Shown here: positions 46,401 through 58,880 of the stretch, in pieces | Position numbering within the stretch: position 1 is the stretch's first letter | How the letters are laid out: each line of letters opens with the position of its first letter | DNA from: Guillardia theta CCMP2712 | Taxonomy: Eukaryota > Protista > Cryptophyta | Assembly: GCF_000315625.1 (NCBI RefSeq) | Contig: NW_005434595.1 | Coordinates: 297,826 to 361,825 of the forward strand | DNA: 64,000 nucleotides | Direction of reading: 5' to 3' | The notes under the pieces: generated by a model | What the model was told of the DNA's origin: nothing | Database searches by the model: none | Seen by the model: only the letters and a program-made list of their open reading frames with translations | Position numbers and translations under genes: made by a program

Positions 46401-49400
46401 GAGCTTCAAGTTCAAAGTCGCGATAGTTTCCATCTGAAAACTCGAAAGAAAGAACAGAAATCCACTCCATCATGCAGTTTTCATGTGCAAATGATTGCAC
46501 AAGGTAAAAGTCGCTAATCACAACGCTGTGTTTGAAACGCAACGTGATCCATGCCCCGATGTTCTCTCGTTGACTTGCCCATCTCGTGCTGCCCCTGCGC
46601 ACAATCAGCTGTCAGACCCAGGACGAGCAGGCGGGGGAAGGGAATCTCAACCCTTGAGCAAAGAGCACTGGGAGAGCAACAAGGGCGGGTGATCGGGGCA
46701 AAGAGGCCAAGGGCTCTGAGAACGACAGACAACATGGGAGGGTTGAAAGAACTTGCCACAAGCAAACAGCCGAGAGGAAGCGAATGAGGAGAGGCAGGCG
46801 TGGAGTTCCTGGGGGAGGGAGCCTCACCTTCCATCGAAAAGCCTCTCGACACCACAATCTTCGCTCAGCTGCGAAGAAGCAGTCGCGCTCTCAAGATCTC
46901 CATGGTGAGGGTCGCAAAGATCGTGAAAAGGCTCAAAGCTGTCGTCCTCCAACGATTCATCCTCATCCTCCTCCCTATCTCCGGTGTCAGCTCTTGGTTC
47001 AGCTCTTCCTCCGTCAACGTCGCGCCCTGTCCTGAAGACCAACAGGTGGACGATAAGATCAATCTCTCCCTTCCCAAACGCCATGTTTGCTTCCGCCCAC
47101 GAGCCCACAGCATCGACGTCACTAACGGAACCTGTTCGAGCACAGCCCAGGAAGCAGTCGAAAGATTTCTGATCGCGCAGGGGATGCATGCTTCCTCCGA
47201 CTTGCTTGTAGCCGAACTCAGCGGCAGAGTGAAAGCTTTCCTTGAAGAGGTGGAGGAGACTGCTCCAAGAGGCATTCGCAAGCTCCATCTCAAGCTCACC
47301 CACACGTGTCCTACACCACCATGTGTCAACGACTTAACGAGGGAAGGGAAGGAAGAAACTGTCACTCACCTTCCTTCAACCAGCTTGATCATCAGGCGTG
47401 GGGGGCCTGGTTTCCTCCATTCGATACCATATGACATGCAAATGCGCTCAGAGACTTTGTCGATTGTTGATCTCACGAGTTGCTTGGACAGGAGATGAGA
47501 AGTTTTCTTCAGTCTCTGAGCCTCTTCAAAGTTGTGCTCGTCGATGAGTTTGCGATACTCATTCCGCAATCTCCTCCACGTCTCTTCATCTTCTCTTCTG
47601 GTTTCCCCAGCAAGCCCTTGCATGTCAAAAACCCTCCATTTGTTGGCAAGACTCGATGCCCACGAGCTGTGCTGATCCTGGTCGGGGGCTTGCAAGAGGC
47701 TTGCCTGGATCACCGTCATCACTTCCACCCATGGCGAGGCAACCGAATGCAAGAAAGCGAAACCAACGGCTGACCCACGTGGCACATCAAAGGCAACAAA
47801 GAGATTCCTATCCATCTTGGTCAACCTCGACATGTCGTCCAGAAACTCATCGATACTTGAATCGACTACTCGAAACTTACTCGAGCCTCCGAAGGATAAG
47901 ATGACAGGTCCAGGAGCTTTCCCTCTGATCCCCAACCTCTCTTGAACCGCAGAGACTGATACCTCCATCGTTTCTCCTTCTTCGAGAAAGACGACCTGCT
48001 GTGAATTTCGGATGCATGCAGCAAGTTTGCGAGGGGCTGTATGCTGCCCATGCAGGATGAAAATGTCCTTCTTTGCACAACAAGCGAAGACAAGCTCTAT
48101 AACATTGCGAGCGCAGAAGAAGAAATTGTTGTCAAGGAGAAGAACGAGGGCGGCAGAGCCTCCGACCCCGACATCCAACCAGTCCTGCAACTTGAGATCA
48201 GAGGAGTAGCAGAATGAAGTGAGATATCAAGTCAGATCAATCAAGTGAGATCTTCTCACCGGCATCGGAAGGGGATGATGGTTTTCATCAACAGGACGAT
48301 CAGATTCTTGTACAAACTGTTCCTCACTCCAAGACAAATAATGCGAAGACCTAAAGCAGCTTGAAAGTGTCGCTCGCCTCGCTGCATCTGAGGAGGTTGA
48401 ATAGAGATGTCCACCAGAAGTACATGTGAAGTCCCTCCACATCCTCTTAACCTTTTCTATCACCATTTCTGCATTCTCAGACAACGAACCGATGCACCAG
48501 TGCAGAAATCTGGCGAGGGAGGGCACCTCCCATTCATGGTGCAAAGAAGCTAGGATTTTGATAGGATGAAGAGCCGACGTCGCAATCTTTACCTGGCTCA
48601 GATTACCGACGAGCTCTAGCTTTGAAAGCAATTGATCATCATGCCTTGCCAATCCCAGCAAATCATGAGCAAAGATCGCCTGCAGTCAACATCATCCAAC
48701 AACAGCTGATGCAAGGAAGCAATCAAAGACCTGGAAATCTTGCTCGATTGAATCTTCAATGTGATGAACAACTTGATCATCGGAGACTGCCGACACGTGG
48801 AAACAAGACAAAACGAAAGCATCCATGACGAGCCGAGAGATATGGAGGCTGTCGGCGTGGTCATCATCCGTCATCGTCCGAGAGAGTAGCAGCAACCCTC
48901 CTTGCTGGAAGAACAATGATCTCAAGCTCTCATTTAAAGCAAGTTGTCGCATCGCCACAGCATGTACAAGGCGCTTCGATAGACAAACAACTTCCACGTC
49001 CATCGACCTCTGTAGCACGTCTTGCGAGGATTCTCTCCCGACCTTGGCAGTCGTCTTTCGGCTCATTTGAGATTGAGAAGTCGTAGGTACTTCAGCTTCT
49101 TCCCAGCTAACTCCGTCAACTCCGAATGATGTGTTGTTCAATTCGCTTGTTTGCAGGGCATGGTCGATAAAATCAACAAGAAGTTTTTTCAGATCCGGAA
49201 GGAAAGAAGAAACGAAGCGAGCATGAGAGCTGGGTACTTCGAAGGAGTGAAACAACAAAATGAAGCTTGTGAGAAACGCAAAGGAGATTGAGTTGTCACT
49301 GTGAGCATCTTTTGTGGTGATCCGGGATAGGAAAAGAAAGAAATCAGAAGCTAACTCATCCTCGATACAGGCAGCTGGGAGCTCTGGATCCTCCAGAGAA

Positions 49401-52400
49401 ATTATTCCAATGAGACGGAAGCAATCTGCTGCAAGGCGATAGCTGCTAAGCTCGAGGGCAGAGAATTCAACAACCTCTTGAGACGAAAACCTTCATCACA
49501 ATGTCATCAATGCATACATAATCAGGGAAGTACCTATCATCTTCATCTCCGGCAACTGACTCATACACACGGAAGGTTGAAGTAGAAGCTTTGTGGTTTC
49601 TGGGCGTTGAACATATACAATTTCTAACAAACTTTTGAAAGCAAGACTGCGAAAACGATGGGAAATGCTGTTGAACGACACTGATAACCTTCGATGAGGA
49701 CAACAAGAGATTATTCAAGAGCAACACGAGCGGATGTTTGTGAGCAAACATGTCGCTATCATCCAGAAGGAGTAGCACAAGCAGGTCTACACCTCCCATG
49801 CTGACGAAGGCATCCGACGCGTCTTGATTCTTGCAAATGATTTGGGAGATGGAGAAGATTGCCTGGTCCTGGAGAGCAGATAGGACTTGCTTGTTCGAGG
49901 CATGCAGAACAGTCTCGATAGGAACAAAGTGAAACTGGAGAGGCGGACGACCGCCATGCCCGAGAACAATGCCGAGAGCCAGGAAGATGAGGTGAAGCAA
50001 GGCATTCTGGGAGATCAGACGATCCTGATACTCCTTCCTCTGCGTGCTAATTTCCCCCACCGTGAACCCAAGGTTCTCTCTTACCTTGAGGAGGATCGGA
50101 AAGTCCACGACAAGGTGCCTGTCAACACGGATCCAACGCTTCTGACTGTCTAGGAGCAGCTGAGGAGATATCGCATTGACAGCGGGTGCCTGTCCATCTG
50201 AGTTGCCACCGGAGTTTTGCTGATTCTGTTGATCCTGCGCCTCTTGCAAAGAACTCAACAGCGAGACGAATTCACGATGAGTGGAAGAATGAGACGGACC
50301 CTTACAGCCTTTCTGGATATCTTCACCACTGGCGAACATGAGCAGCACTTCGCACATCTTCGTTCTTAAAACCATCATTCTATGATTCTTTCGAGCCAGA
50401 TGCCCTCGAAAAACGCTCTGCAAATGAGATGCAGTCCTTGTCAAAGAAAGCAAAGGAAGGCATCAACAAAATTACCTGTACAAGACAAGCTGAGCCAGAT
50501 TGCGCGCTCAGATTGATGCGGATCTTCTCAATTGCTTGGTCAAAGATGAAGTCGAAGACATCAACAAAATCAAAATTCTCTTCTGCAAGCGCCAGAGAGA
50601 AGATGGAAACGGAGATCTCCCCTCTTCGTCCCTCGCGACGTATCTGATAGCCTCGTTCATACGGCACGACCGCGATGCTGTCCGGACTTTCTTTCCAGCC
50701 GATGACACAAACTTTGCCCGTATGACTGTCATCATCTTGCCACTTGGCCAGCTGAAAGTCTCCTCCTTGTCCTGCATTGTAAACAAATTCTTCTCCTGTC
50801 GCGTTCCACTTCACAACTGCTCGCAAGGTGCCTGCTCGGACTGCAACACTCTCACACAGAAGCTCTTGATGTATCCTCCTGCCTCCTGCCTCCTCCTGTG
50901 CTCTTGCTAGAGCCACAATGACGCCTGGGCCATCCCCCGTCACTCGTAGAGCGTCAGGAACATTGGTAATGAAGCGAGAGGAGGGGACCACCATCATTCC
51001 CGTCGCTACCGGGCAGCTGGTAGTGCCCACTAACATTTCATCACTGATAGCGACGAGATCGAACAAGCCTCCTTGTCCAATGCTGTACTCCTCTAGCTCG
51101 CGACTGCTGTCCCACACGACCTGACATTTCCCCCCCCTCACTTCCACCATTGTCCCACGGTTGCTGGGGTTGACATAGAGCCTGGAAGTCGCTTCGTTGG
51201 ATAATCGCACGCGAGTTCCAGGTTCAGGAGCGACATCAACTGCAATCAAAGGCGCAACGTCGTCCTGCTGCAATAGGTTGGATCTTGAGATTAGGAATCT
51301 AGCCAGGAAGCTTCTCTGCAAGTCCAGAATCTTTTGGATCACTGCAATCCTGCTGGTTTGAAAAGGAGAGGAGATCAGTGAAGGCAGCAAAGCCACGGAG
51401 GACTTGGAGAGACAGACATTCAACCCGATATCCGCCTTGATCTATAAAAAAAATCATCACAGTGCAACGCAACGCAAAACATAAGTCTTTGGTCATTCAG
51501 GGGAAACGCACTCACATGCTTGCCCAGTAGGACTTCGGTTTCAGACGGCAAAACTAGGCAGAGATGATATTCCTTGTTCGCACCTGCTTTGTACAAGTCT
51601 TTCTTACCACTCCTATCCCACACAACCTCACAGAGACTTCCCATGCTCGCATTCTTGACTTTGACCGAGTACACTGTGCCCATCCCGCCCATAGAATCTT
51701 CAAGCATTTTGGGTTTCAACACGCGTACTTCATCCGTGAAGCGAACACGCATTCCAACTTCAGGTGTACAACCTTGCTTTCCCACGACAAAATCTTGATC
51801 TTCTCGTAAAATACCACCATGATGTATGACGTTCTTCCACCCGATTGTACTGTACTGATTCGTCTTGATCCAGCAGATTCTGAGGATGAGCTGTTCTTCG
51901 CAGTGTTCAAGCAGGTCTACCACGATTCCTGGCCCATCTGCAGACTTCATAGCAAGATTCCTTCTGTTGGGATCCATGTATGAACGTTTGGAAACGAAAA
52001 CTCGCATCCCCACGTGTGGTCGATCACCAGTCCTAAATCGCTTGTTCCCAAACTCGTCCCTTAACATCGCTTGGAGACGTGGAAGGGCATGTGCATAAAC
52101 ACTAGGGTCGACTAACGTGTTTCCTACAGTTGTTTCAACATCCAAACTATGATTCGATGAGCTGTTTGGCAGCCACCGAACTTTGAAAGACGCTTCCCCC
52201 TCGCGGCTGACAACTCTCCCATACTCATGCACAGATTCATTCACTCGAAGCACTAGCTGTCCAACCCTCAATCTGTTGCCATCCGTGTAAGCAAGTTGAA
52301 CGTGACCAGCAGGCAGCCGTTGCTCAACTATCAGCCATGTCTCATGCCAGAAAATCTGTACAGAGGAAGCATGTACTGACAAAATCGTTCCCCAGCCTTG

Positions 52401-52920
52401 CCCTCTGCCGCTTGCTAATTTCTCTTCTCTACTTGCTTGATTGTTGTAACAGACAAGATGACCCACCTGATGCCAATTGTTAGATCTTAAAACGTTTGGT
52501 ATTCTTCACCTGGAATGTCACATTGCTGGTTTCAGATTTCTTTGGAATGATTTTATCCGACGGGTGGCAACCAAGTTCCTTGCCATTTCTTGAAATCTCC
52601 TTGACGCAGGTAACTGCAGGGAAAGATGCCTTCCATTCATCCAACCTGTGAAAAAGAGGCAACCTTCCTTCAAACAAGGAGCCTTCCCCTCCTACCCCTG
52701 TGTAGAAGAAAAAAACCATCGCATTTGTGGACCCGGGCTCCACTGTGAAGAGTTCGACCACTCTTGACGAGATCTTCTCACTCTTGATATCCAGAAAGCG
52801 ATCCACCTCATGTTCGACGGAGTGAATCCAATCTGTAACGTTTGATATCTCTATAGGGTCAGTATGGAGGGTAATCCAGAGGCCGATATAACATTCGTCA
52901 CTACCCTGGCTCTCCCTCAT
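43404..52920 (-). CDS. Giant multi-exon locus (one or more genes): MIB/HERC2-like repeats, IQ motif, ARM-like helices, discoidin-like domain, right-handed beta-helix, coiled coil
   Basis: Consecutive minus-strand ORFs separated by short GT-AG gaps. GMGTV..CEVVWDRSGKKDLYKAG and CQVVWDSS..YSIGQGGLFDL (MIB/HERC2-like); LQSVFRGHLARK (IQ); WASQRENIGAWITLRF..TDSIKLNVRS (discoidin-like); I.DCGKHGV, NYRHGVQV, NNKQGVHV (beta-helix). Single-gene status unproven. Confidence 0.55.
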
Positions 52921-53169
52921 CGCTTTTCAATGACAGGATGTTTTCTTCCCCAACTCTTTTCAGCGAAGCTGTTTGGAGGGTTCGTATCCCCTTTGCTACT
53001 ATCTTCGCTCTTCTCTGTTACCTCCCCTTTCCCACCATGAAGCCCTCCGCCCATGTCGGGCGTTCAACTGTTGGGGTAAATCAACAGCGAACGGGTTCCC
53101 CTCAGAACAAATATGCTAAGTGAAGTTGGGACAGCATTTTGTTGACTGAGAGTACTATAGTTCTTTTTG

Positions 53170-53800
53170 AGCCTATTCGGGCGCAGCCGGCCGGGCCCGG
53201 GTGCCCGGCCGATCGGATCCCGGCGATCATCTCGAGTCCCGGTCCGGGACACTGTGCCAGTGACGGTGACCGTACAGTACGGTCTAGTATGCCGGATACG
53301 CGGGCGCATGGTGCCAAGTGACCGTGAATCCGAACAGAGATGATCATCGTCCGACCGAGGCTTGGCAACCGGCGCCAGTGAACTCGGAGTCATGCTGCTG
53401 ATGATCGGATCGGATCACCTCAGCCTAGTCCAAGGGTCAATACTATTGAAATTACTTCACATTGAAGACACCCGGCACAGCTTCACTGTCACTGCCTGCT
53501 TCCGATAAGTTCCATACCGTGACTGAGTCACGAGTCGTGTTTCGGAACTTCGGAAGTTCACGGTTGTCCGACCGTCCTCAACAGTAGTAGTGAGCTTTGG
53601 CCCTTGCCGCCAGCCAGCACAGACTGTCCGATCACTCCCCCCACCCCGGCCCGGTGTGACCGGGGCGGGGGCAGAGGCCGATGGCCGCCGGGCCGGCCCG
53701 GTGCTCGGACCGTCGATTCCGGACTCAGACCCGGTGACCGGGGATCTGATACCTATACCCCGCCGGGATCTGATGGGGGCCAGCATGGGGGGTGGGGTAC
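53170..53800. promoter_or_regulatory. GC-rich palindrome-dense island between divergent genes, ending in GGGGTGGGGTAC
   Basis: Perfect inverted repeats at 53236-53250, 53268-53284 and 53518-53532; motif at 53789-53800. Confidence 0.45.
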
Positions 53801-54231
53801 TTGTATGATGGGGCTATGTGCTCTTTCTATTTCGGACGAGTCCTCTAATTCGGGCGCCAGCAGTCCATGGCAGCGTCGAGTTCAGGTACGGCAAGCACGC
53901 TTAGACAGCTGGTGATGTTGGCGAAATGATAGAACAGTGCTGTGCTAGAAGTAGAAAATGAATGGAATGATGAGCAGATACTGTACGAAAGGCAGTAGCG
54001 CTAGTTCGTGTGTGGTAACTGATTGTGATGTGTTGCTTGTGTAGACAGCAACAAAGATGAAAGTTGATTCGAAAATTACATCTTGCAGTAGCCTGACCAA
54101 AACAAATTTTCTGCACAATTTTTCTGATCGATTGCTTTTTTAGGCCATCACTATGGCGCAAATCAAAGATGGGAAACTTTCGAAGTAGTGGTCATACTTG
54201 TTTTCTCCTGGTGTGCTCGTCTGATTTGTGA

Positions 54232-55329
54232 GTGCAGACTCGTCGAACAGGTCGGAAGGCAAATATGCAACAGGTTGCCATTGGCATCCTAGTCAGCACA
54301 CTTGCTCTGGCAGCAGCTATCGTTTCCTTTAGTCCTGACTCGGGATCGAATTCTCAACGCCCAAAGCTGGCTGGTCACAGAGCTCCTCCGGGTGTGAAAT
54401 CATTCGACTCTATGACTCATCTTTGACCAACTTTCTCAGGCTTGATATCACTTGGAAGGTTTCAGGGCCTTGCCGAAGTAAGCAGTTCAAACAGCAGTAC
54501 AGGATCAAGCAATTCGTCTGCTCCAACAGTAGCGGCTGCTGCTCCTGCTGAAACCGCATCTCCTGCTGCTGCCACAAGTTCTGATGTCAAGAACAACTCA
54601 GAGGATGATCAAGCACCAAAAGAGAAGACCCAGATTCAGGATGAAAATGGTCTTAGCATCGCTGCCGGCATATGGGCACAAGGTCATCCACAAGGAGCAG
54701 CTATGGCCAACACATTGCAGTATGTCGGAGGCTTTCTCACGCTTGTTGGAGTGGCGTTCCTGCTTTACAGTGAGATCAATACTGTATTCTTTTATCGGGA
54801 CAAGGATGCTGTCAAGGCTGCAGATTTACAGGGAATTCACGATTGTTTAAGTGCGCGCTACTTGGAGAGGGAGTTGTGGTGGGGAAAGGGATTGCAATCT
54901 CAGTGGCGCGTCACTCTTTCTGGGATCGGGATAGCAGGAATCCTCTTGGGCACTTACTTGTCGTTTTCGTCTGAATGTCCTATGGTTGCGTACTTGCAGG
55001 CCCATTATGACATGTCCCAGACTACTTACTCAGGGAATTGTCCTGTGTTGGCCATTCTTTTGGCTATTGCCAACGGCATCGGACTTTCTTGTTTGCTGGC
55101 TGGAGTCTCTTGGTCTTGCACTCGATTGACGTACTCCCTGTTTCTGATCTTCATATCTGTCACCGAGGATTTTGTGAGCAGCAGTGATAGTCCAGCTATC
55201 TTGATCACTTGGATTTTGATTGTGTGCGCGTTCTTGGCAGGACTCTGGCATTACATTGAAAATTCAGAAAGTGAATCGGATGAGTCGAATCAAGGACTGT
55301 TGGGATCCAAACCTCGTGAATTTTGCTAG
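54232..55329 (+). CDS. Hypothetical multi-pass membrane protein
   Basis: ORFs 54232-54426 and 54442-55329 joined by a probable short intron; about 5-6 hydrophobic segments and a Ser/Ala-rich linker. May start near 53805. Confidence 0.5.
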
Positions 55330-56440
55330 ATCACAATGCGACGTTTCTGACGGCATTGGAGGACGGTCCTCGTTCACAGAGTCTGAATAAGGAAAGTGTA
55401 TTGTTTCCTTCTGACGAGTGTCAGAAGTCGCTGCTTCTGCATGCGTGCAGGCAGCGAAACCAATGACTCATGTAGATTTGCTATACCTTTAACGCACCAA
55501 AATAAAATTCTTCTTGACAAAAAGTACTAAGTGGTATTTCCTACAATTGAAATGAACCTTCTCTGGATGATCTATTCCTATTCTCATGATGGAACAGATA
55601 TTCTCATCATGGAACAGCAGTTTTAGATTCCGACAGAACTCTGAACTTCCTTTGCTGTCAATGATGGGAGATTGAAGGTGTGTCATGCCGGAGCACGATC
55701 ATGCGGATTGGAACTCACAGGCACGGCTGGTTTAATACCGACATCGCAAGATATGAGCAACTTTTGTACAACAGCAAGCAGATTTTGCGCTTGAAGAAGG
55801 AACCAAAAAGAACAGAAACGATGTTCACAAGGTAACCAGCAGTGGTATGGTGATTCTTGTCTTGATCTAGAGCATGTATGGCAGGACCTCGTAATTCAAC
55901 GGGTAACTCGTTTCCTGAGAACTAGGGGAAAGTAGAGGTCGAGGGCATGGCGGTAGCTGAGAAGGCAGAGGATGCAGGCCCTGATACAGACGAAAAAACA
56001 GATCCAGGTTGGCGATATCTATCCCTCGCTTGTCATTAGAAGAAAGGAAAATAAATGATCAGGCATGTCAAAAAGGGTCTACGAAGCTGAAGCTGAAGGA
56101 GTAGGACGAGGAGAGAGGGAGAGGAGAAGAGAGGTCGAAGGAGATGTACAGGATGAGATGGACAGGAATGATGGAGCGGGCAGTCAAGGAATCACTTCGA
56201 TGGTTTTCAGACAGCAAGCGCAAAGGCCTTGCCGGAGGAGGTTGCCGGAGTAAAAGAGACCTAAGACCAGTGAACGCATAAAGCAGCCTCTCATTTATAC
56301 TGCCACCCCACCCCCTTGTATACCCCTTTCTTACATGCCTACCCACCCACATTCCCACTAATACTCCATCGACCACCCCCGCTTTCCCTTTCCCCACCCT
56401 CACCCACGTGCGACCCTCAACTACGGCTTCCTACACGATC

Positions 56441-57427
56441 ATGCTGAGGTTAGCTATGTTGGGGATGGTGGTCGCCATGGGAGGAGCTCTTCGGGCACCA
56501 CTTCCCCCTTCACGCCTTCCTTCCTCTTTCGTCACTTCCTCTCTCATCCCTCGGACCAGCTCTCCTCTTTCTTCTAAACCAGCGAATACGTATGCTAAGC
56601 CTGTGAATCTACGAATGGGGAAAGCAGTGTTGGAAGAGGTTGGGCAAGAGCTTGATGGGCAGGGAAGGGCAAAAGCGACGGACTATTTCAAACCCTTGGT
56701 CGAAGGAGATATTCTTGTGAGCACCAATGAACAGAAAGCAATTGTTGGGGTGTCATACTTTCTACTTGCTGCCCTCGCGGTCAAAGGCATTTGGATGCTT
56801 CCTGAACTAAGCGCATCAACCATGATAGCGACTCTGTCAGCTGTGGCTCTGGGATACGAGTTCGCAGATTTTGGATCTGGTGTTTACCATTGGGCCATGG
56901 ACAACTATGGTACCAAGAACACACCTGTCTTCGGTACACAAATCGAAGCTTTTCAGGGTCACCATGAGCTTCCATGGACAATTACGTATCGTCAAGTCTG
57001 CAACAACATCTACAAGATTTGTCAAGCAACATCCCCGTTCTGTCTTGCTGGTATCCTTCTCCTGGACAACCCATACCTTATTCTCTGGATGACGACTGCA
57101 ATATGCTTTATCAACCTATCGCAGGAGTTGCACAAGTGGAGCCACATGAGTCCGTCACAGGTTAGTGCATGGATCAACTTTTTGCAAGATTGGAATGTTA
57201 TCGTCTCGCGTAAGAGCCACTTGGCACATCATCGACCTCCATTTGATGGAAATTATTGTATTGTTTCGGGACATTGCAATTCCTTGTTAGACAACTCGGG
57301 CTTCTTTCGGGGATTGGAATCGATTGTTTTCTCGATCACCGGCAACAAGCCTCGATGTGAAACAAATGAAAGACTCTTGCAGGACCGAGTTGAAAGTCTG
57401 GGCATCAAATCCAAAGGCGCACGCTGA
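56441..57427 (+). CDS. FAD4: FAD4/TMEM189 (Kua) family lipid desaturase with bipartite plastid presequence
   Basis: ADFGSGVYHWAMDNYG, FQGHHELPW, SQELHKWSH, HLAHHRPPFDGNYCIVSG; signal peptide MLRLAMLGMVVAMGGA followed by an S/P/R-rich transit-like peptide. Confidence 0.85.
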   Translation: MLRLAMLGMVVAMGGALRAPLPPSRLPSSFVTSSLIPRTSSPLSSKPANTYAKPVNLRMGKAVLEEVGQELDGQGRAKATDYFKPLVEGDILVSTNEQKAIVGVSYFLLAALAVKGIWMLPELSASTMIATLSAVALGYEFADFGSGVYHWAMDNYGTKNTPVFGTQIEAFQGHHELPWTITYRQVCNNIYKICQATSPFCLAGILLLDNPYLILWMTTAICFINLSQELHKWSHMSPSQVSAWINFLQDWNVIVSRKSHLAHHRPPFDGNYCIVSGHCNSLLDNSGFFRGLESIVFSITGNKPRCETNERLLQDRVESLGIKSKGAR

Positions 57428-57726
57428 GTTAAGAAGTGAAGAGAAGCAGATGTGAATACCTGGTGGGGAAGATGGAAGGACTAGAAATCATCCTTGTTGA
57501 GTTTGGAATATGAAGTGTAGATGAATTTAGATAGAAATATTTACTGTCATAAACCCACACATTTACTATCATGAGCACAGGCGCAACTTCGGCATACCGA
57601 AAATTGTAAGAGTTCTGATACAAGATTTCACGTTGGAACGAAGTCAGGGGTAAACCCTAAAGAAACACACAATCATTCCAGAATCAAAGGTTAACAAGAC
57701 AGCAGGGTGAGAAACACTCAACAAAT

Positions 57727-58450
57727 TCAAGATAAGATAAGAATATCTACCAAACCTGCATCGAGTAATGTTCCAGTTGGCATCATTTTCTTCCACCTTC
57801 CATCATCTCTGACTGAAAATGGCAGGTTCATCAGTGTCTTCGGATAAATCAGTGAATCAAGATTCCAAAAATGAGCATGAAAAAGAAACATGTAGAAACA
57901 TATTCCAAACTCACCAAAGTCATCACACTTCACAACATCATATTCAATCGTTATTCCTCGATCAACCAAGTGCTGCAGCTCACACTGTGAGAAAACAAAC
58001 TTTCCCGAAAACTTTCATCACTTGTGGGCTCTGATCTTCTGTGCGAACAATAGCCTGGCGAATCAAAAGTCAACACTTTCAGCGAGCGTACGGCTACAAT
58101 ATATGTTCGGAAAGAACCTCAATGGTAGGACTGCCATCTCGCGGAGTGAAGTCAGGTACAAGTGTCAGGTGCGGTTGTTGATGCTGTTCTTCTACAAAAT
58201 GGTACGCTTTGCATCGTTCCACCCACTTGCAATTCACACAAATGCACATCTGCCCGATGAATATCAAAATACCGCGCAAACTACGGCCAACGAATGTTAC
58301 ATTGAGGCGGCCGACGTTGCTGAAGGTCGGTCGGCCTTTGCTAACTTGGTGCTTGTACAGAGAGGATGCTGAGTGGATGAAGGAAGTACATGCATGCGCT
58401 GCGGTGAGAATCGTGAGCATCCTTAGCAAACATGCCGATGTTGCTGCCAT
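57727..58450 (-). CDS. ycf34: Nucleus-encoded Ycf34 (cyanobacterial/plastid Fe-S protein) with presequence, multi-exon
   Basis: MCICVNCKWVERCKAYHFVEEQH..PHL..DF.P..PTIEV and a later exon ITIEYDVVKCDDF..GRW are Ycf34 motifs; N-terminal signal peptide followed by ..ACTSF. Confidence 0.85.
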
Positions 58451-58880
58451 TCCTGGTACAAAGGTTCGCTTGTTCTCTGTCCTTTTATATTCGCCACTTC
58501 ATTACATGCTGTCTCTTATTTGAATTAGACACAGCTCTGAGGCAGACTGGAGTTTTTGTCTCGCACTCACATGGCGGTTGTCGGGGCAGGTGATGGCGAG
58601 GGAGAGGGAGAGGGAGAAGGAGCAGAAGCAAGAGTATGAGGACGGAGAGGAGGGGCAGGTACAGGAGGAACTTTAAGGAGCAAGAGCAGCAGCAGCAGCA
58701 AGACAGACAGACAGAAAGAGAGCTTTTGCAGTACAACCTGTGGTGCAAAATGCTTTGAATTGCCGATGGGATACTCATCGGGTTTCAAAGACGGAGATTG
58801 ATAGAGGCATCTCTCATGCAGCAGTGAGGGATGAGAATGCGTCCATATCGCTCGTCTTGAAAGTTGTTACTGTCCTTGCA

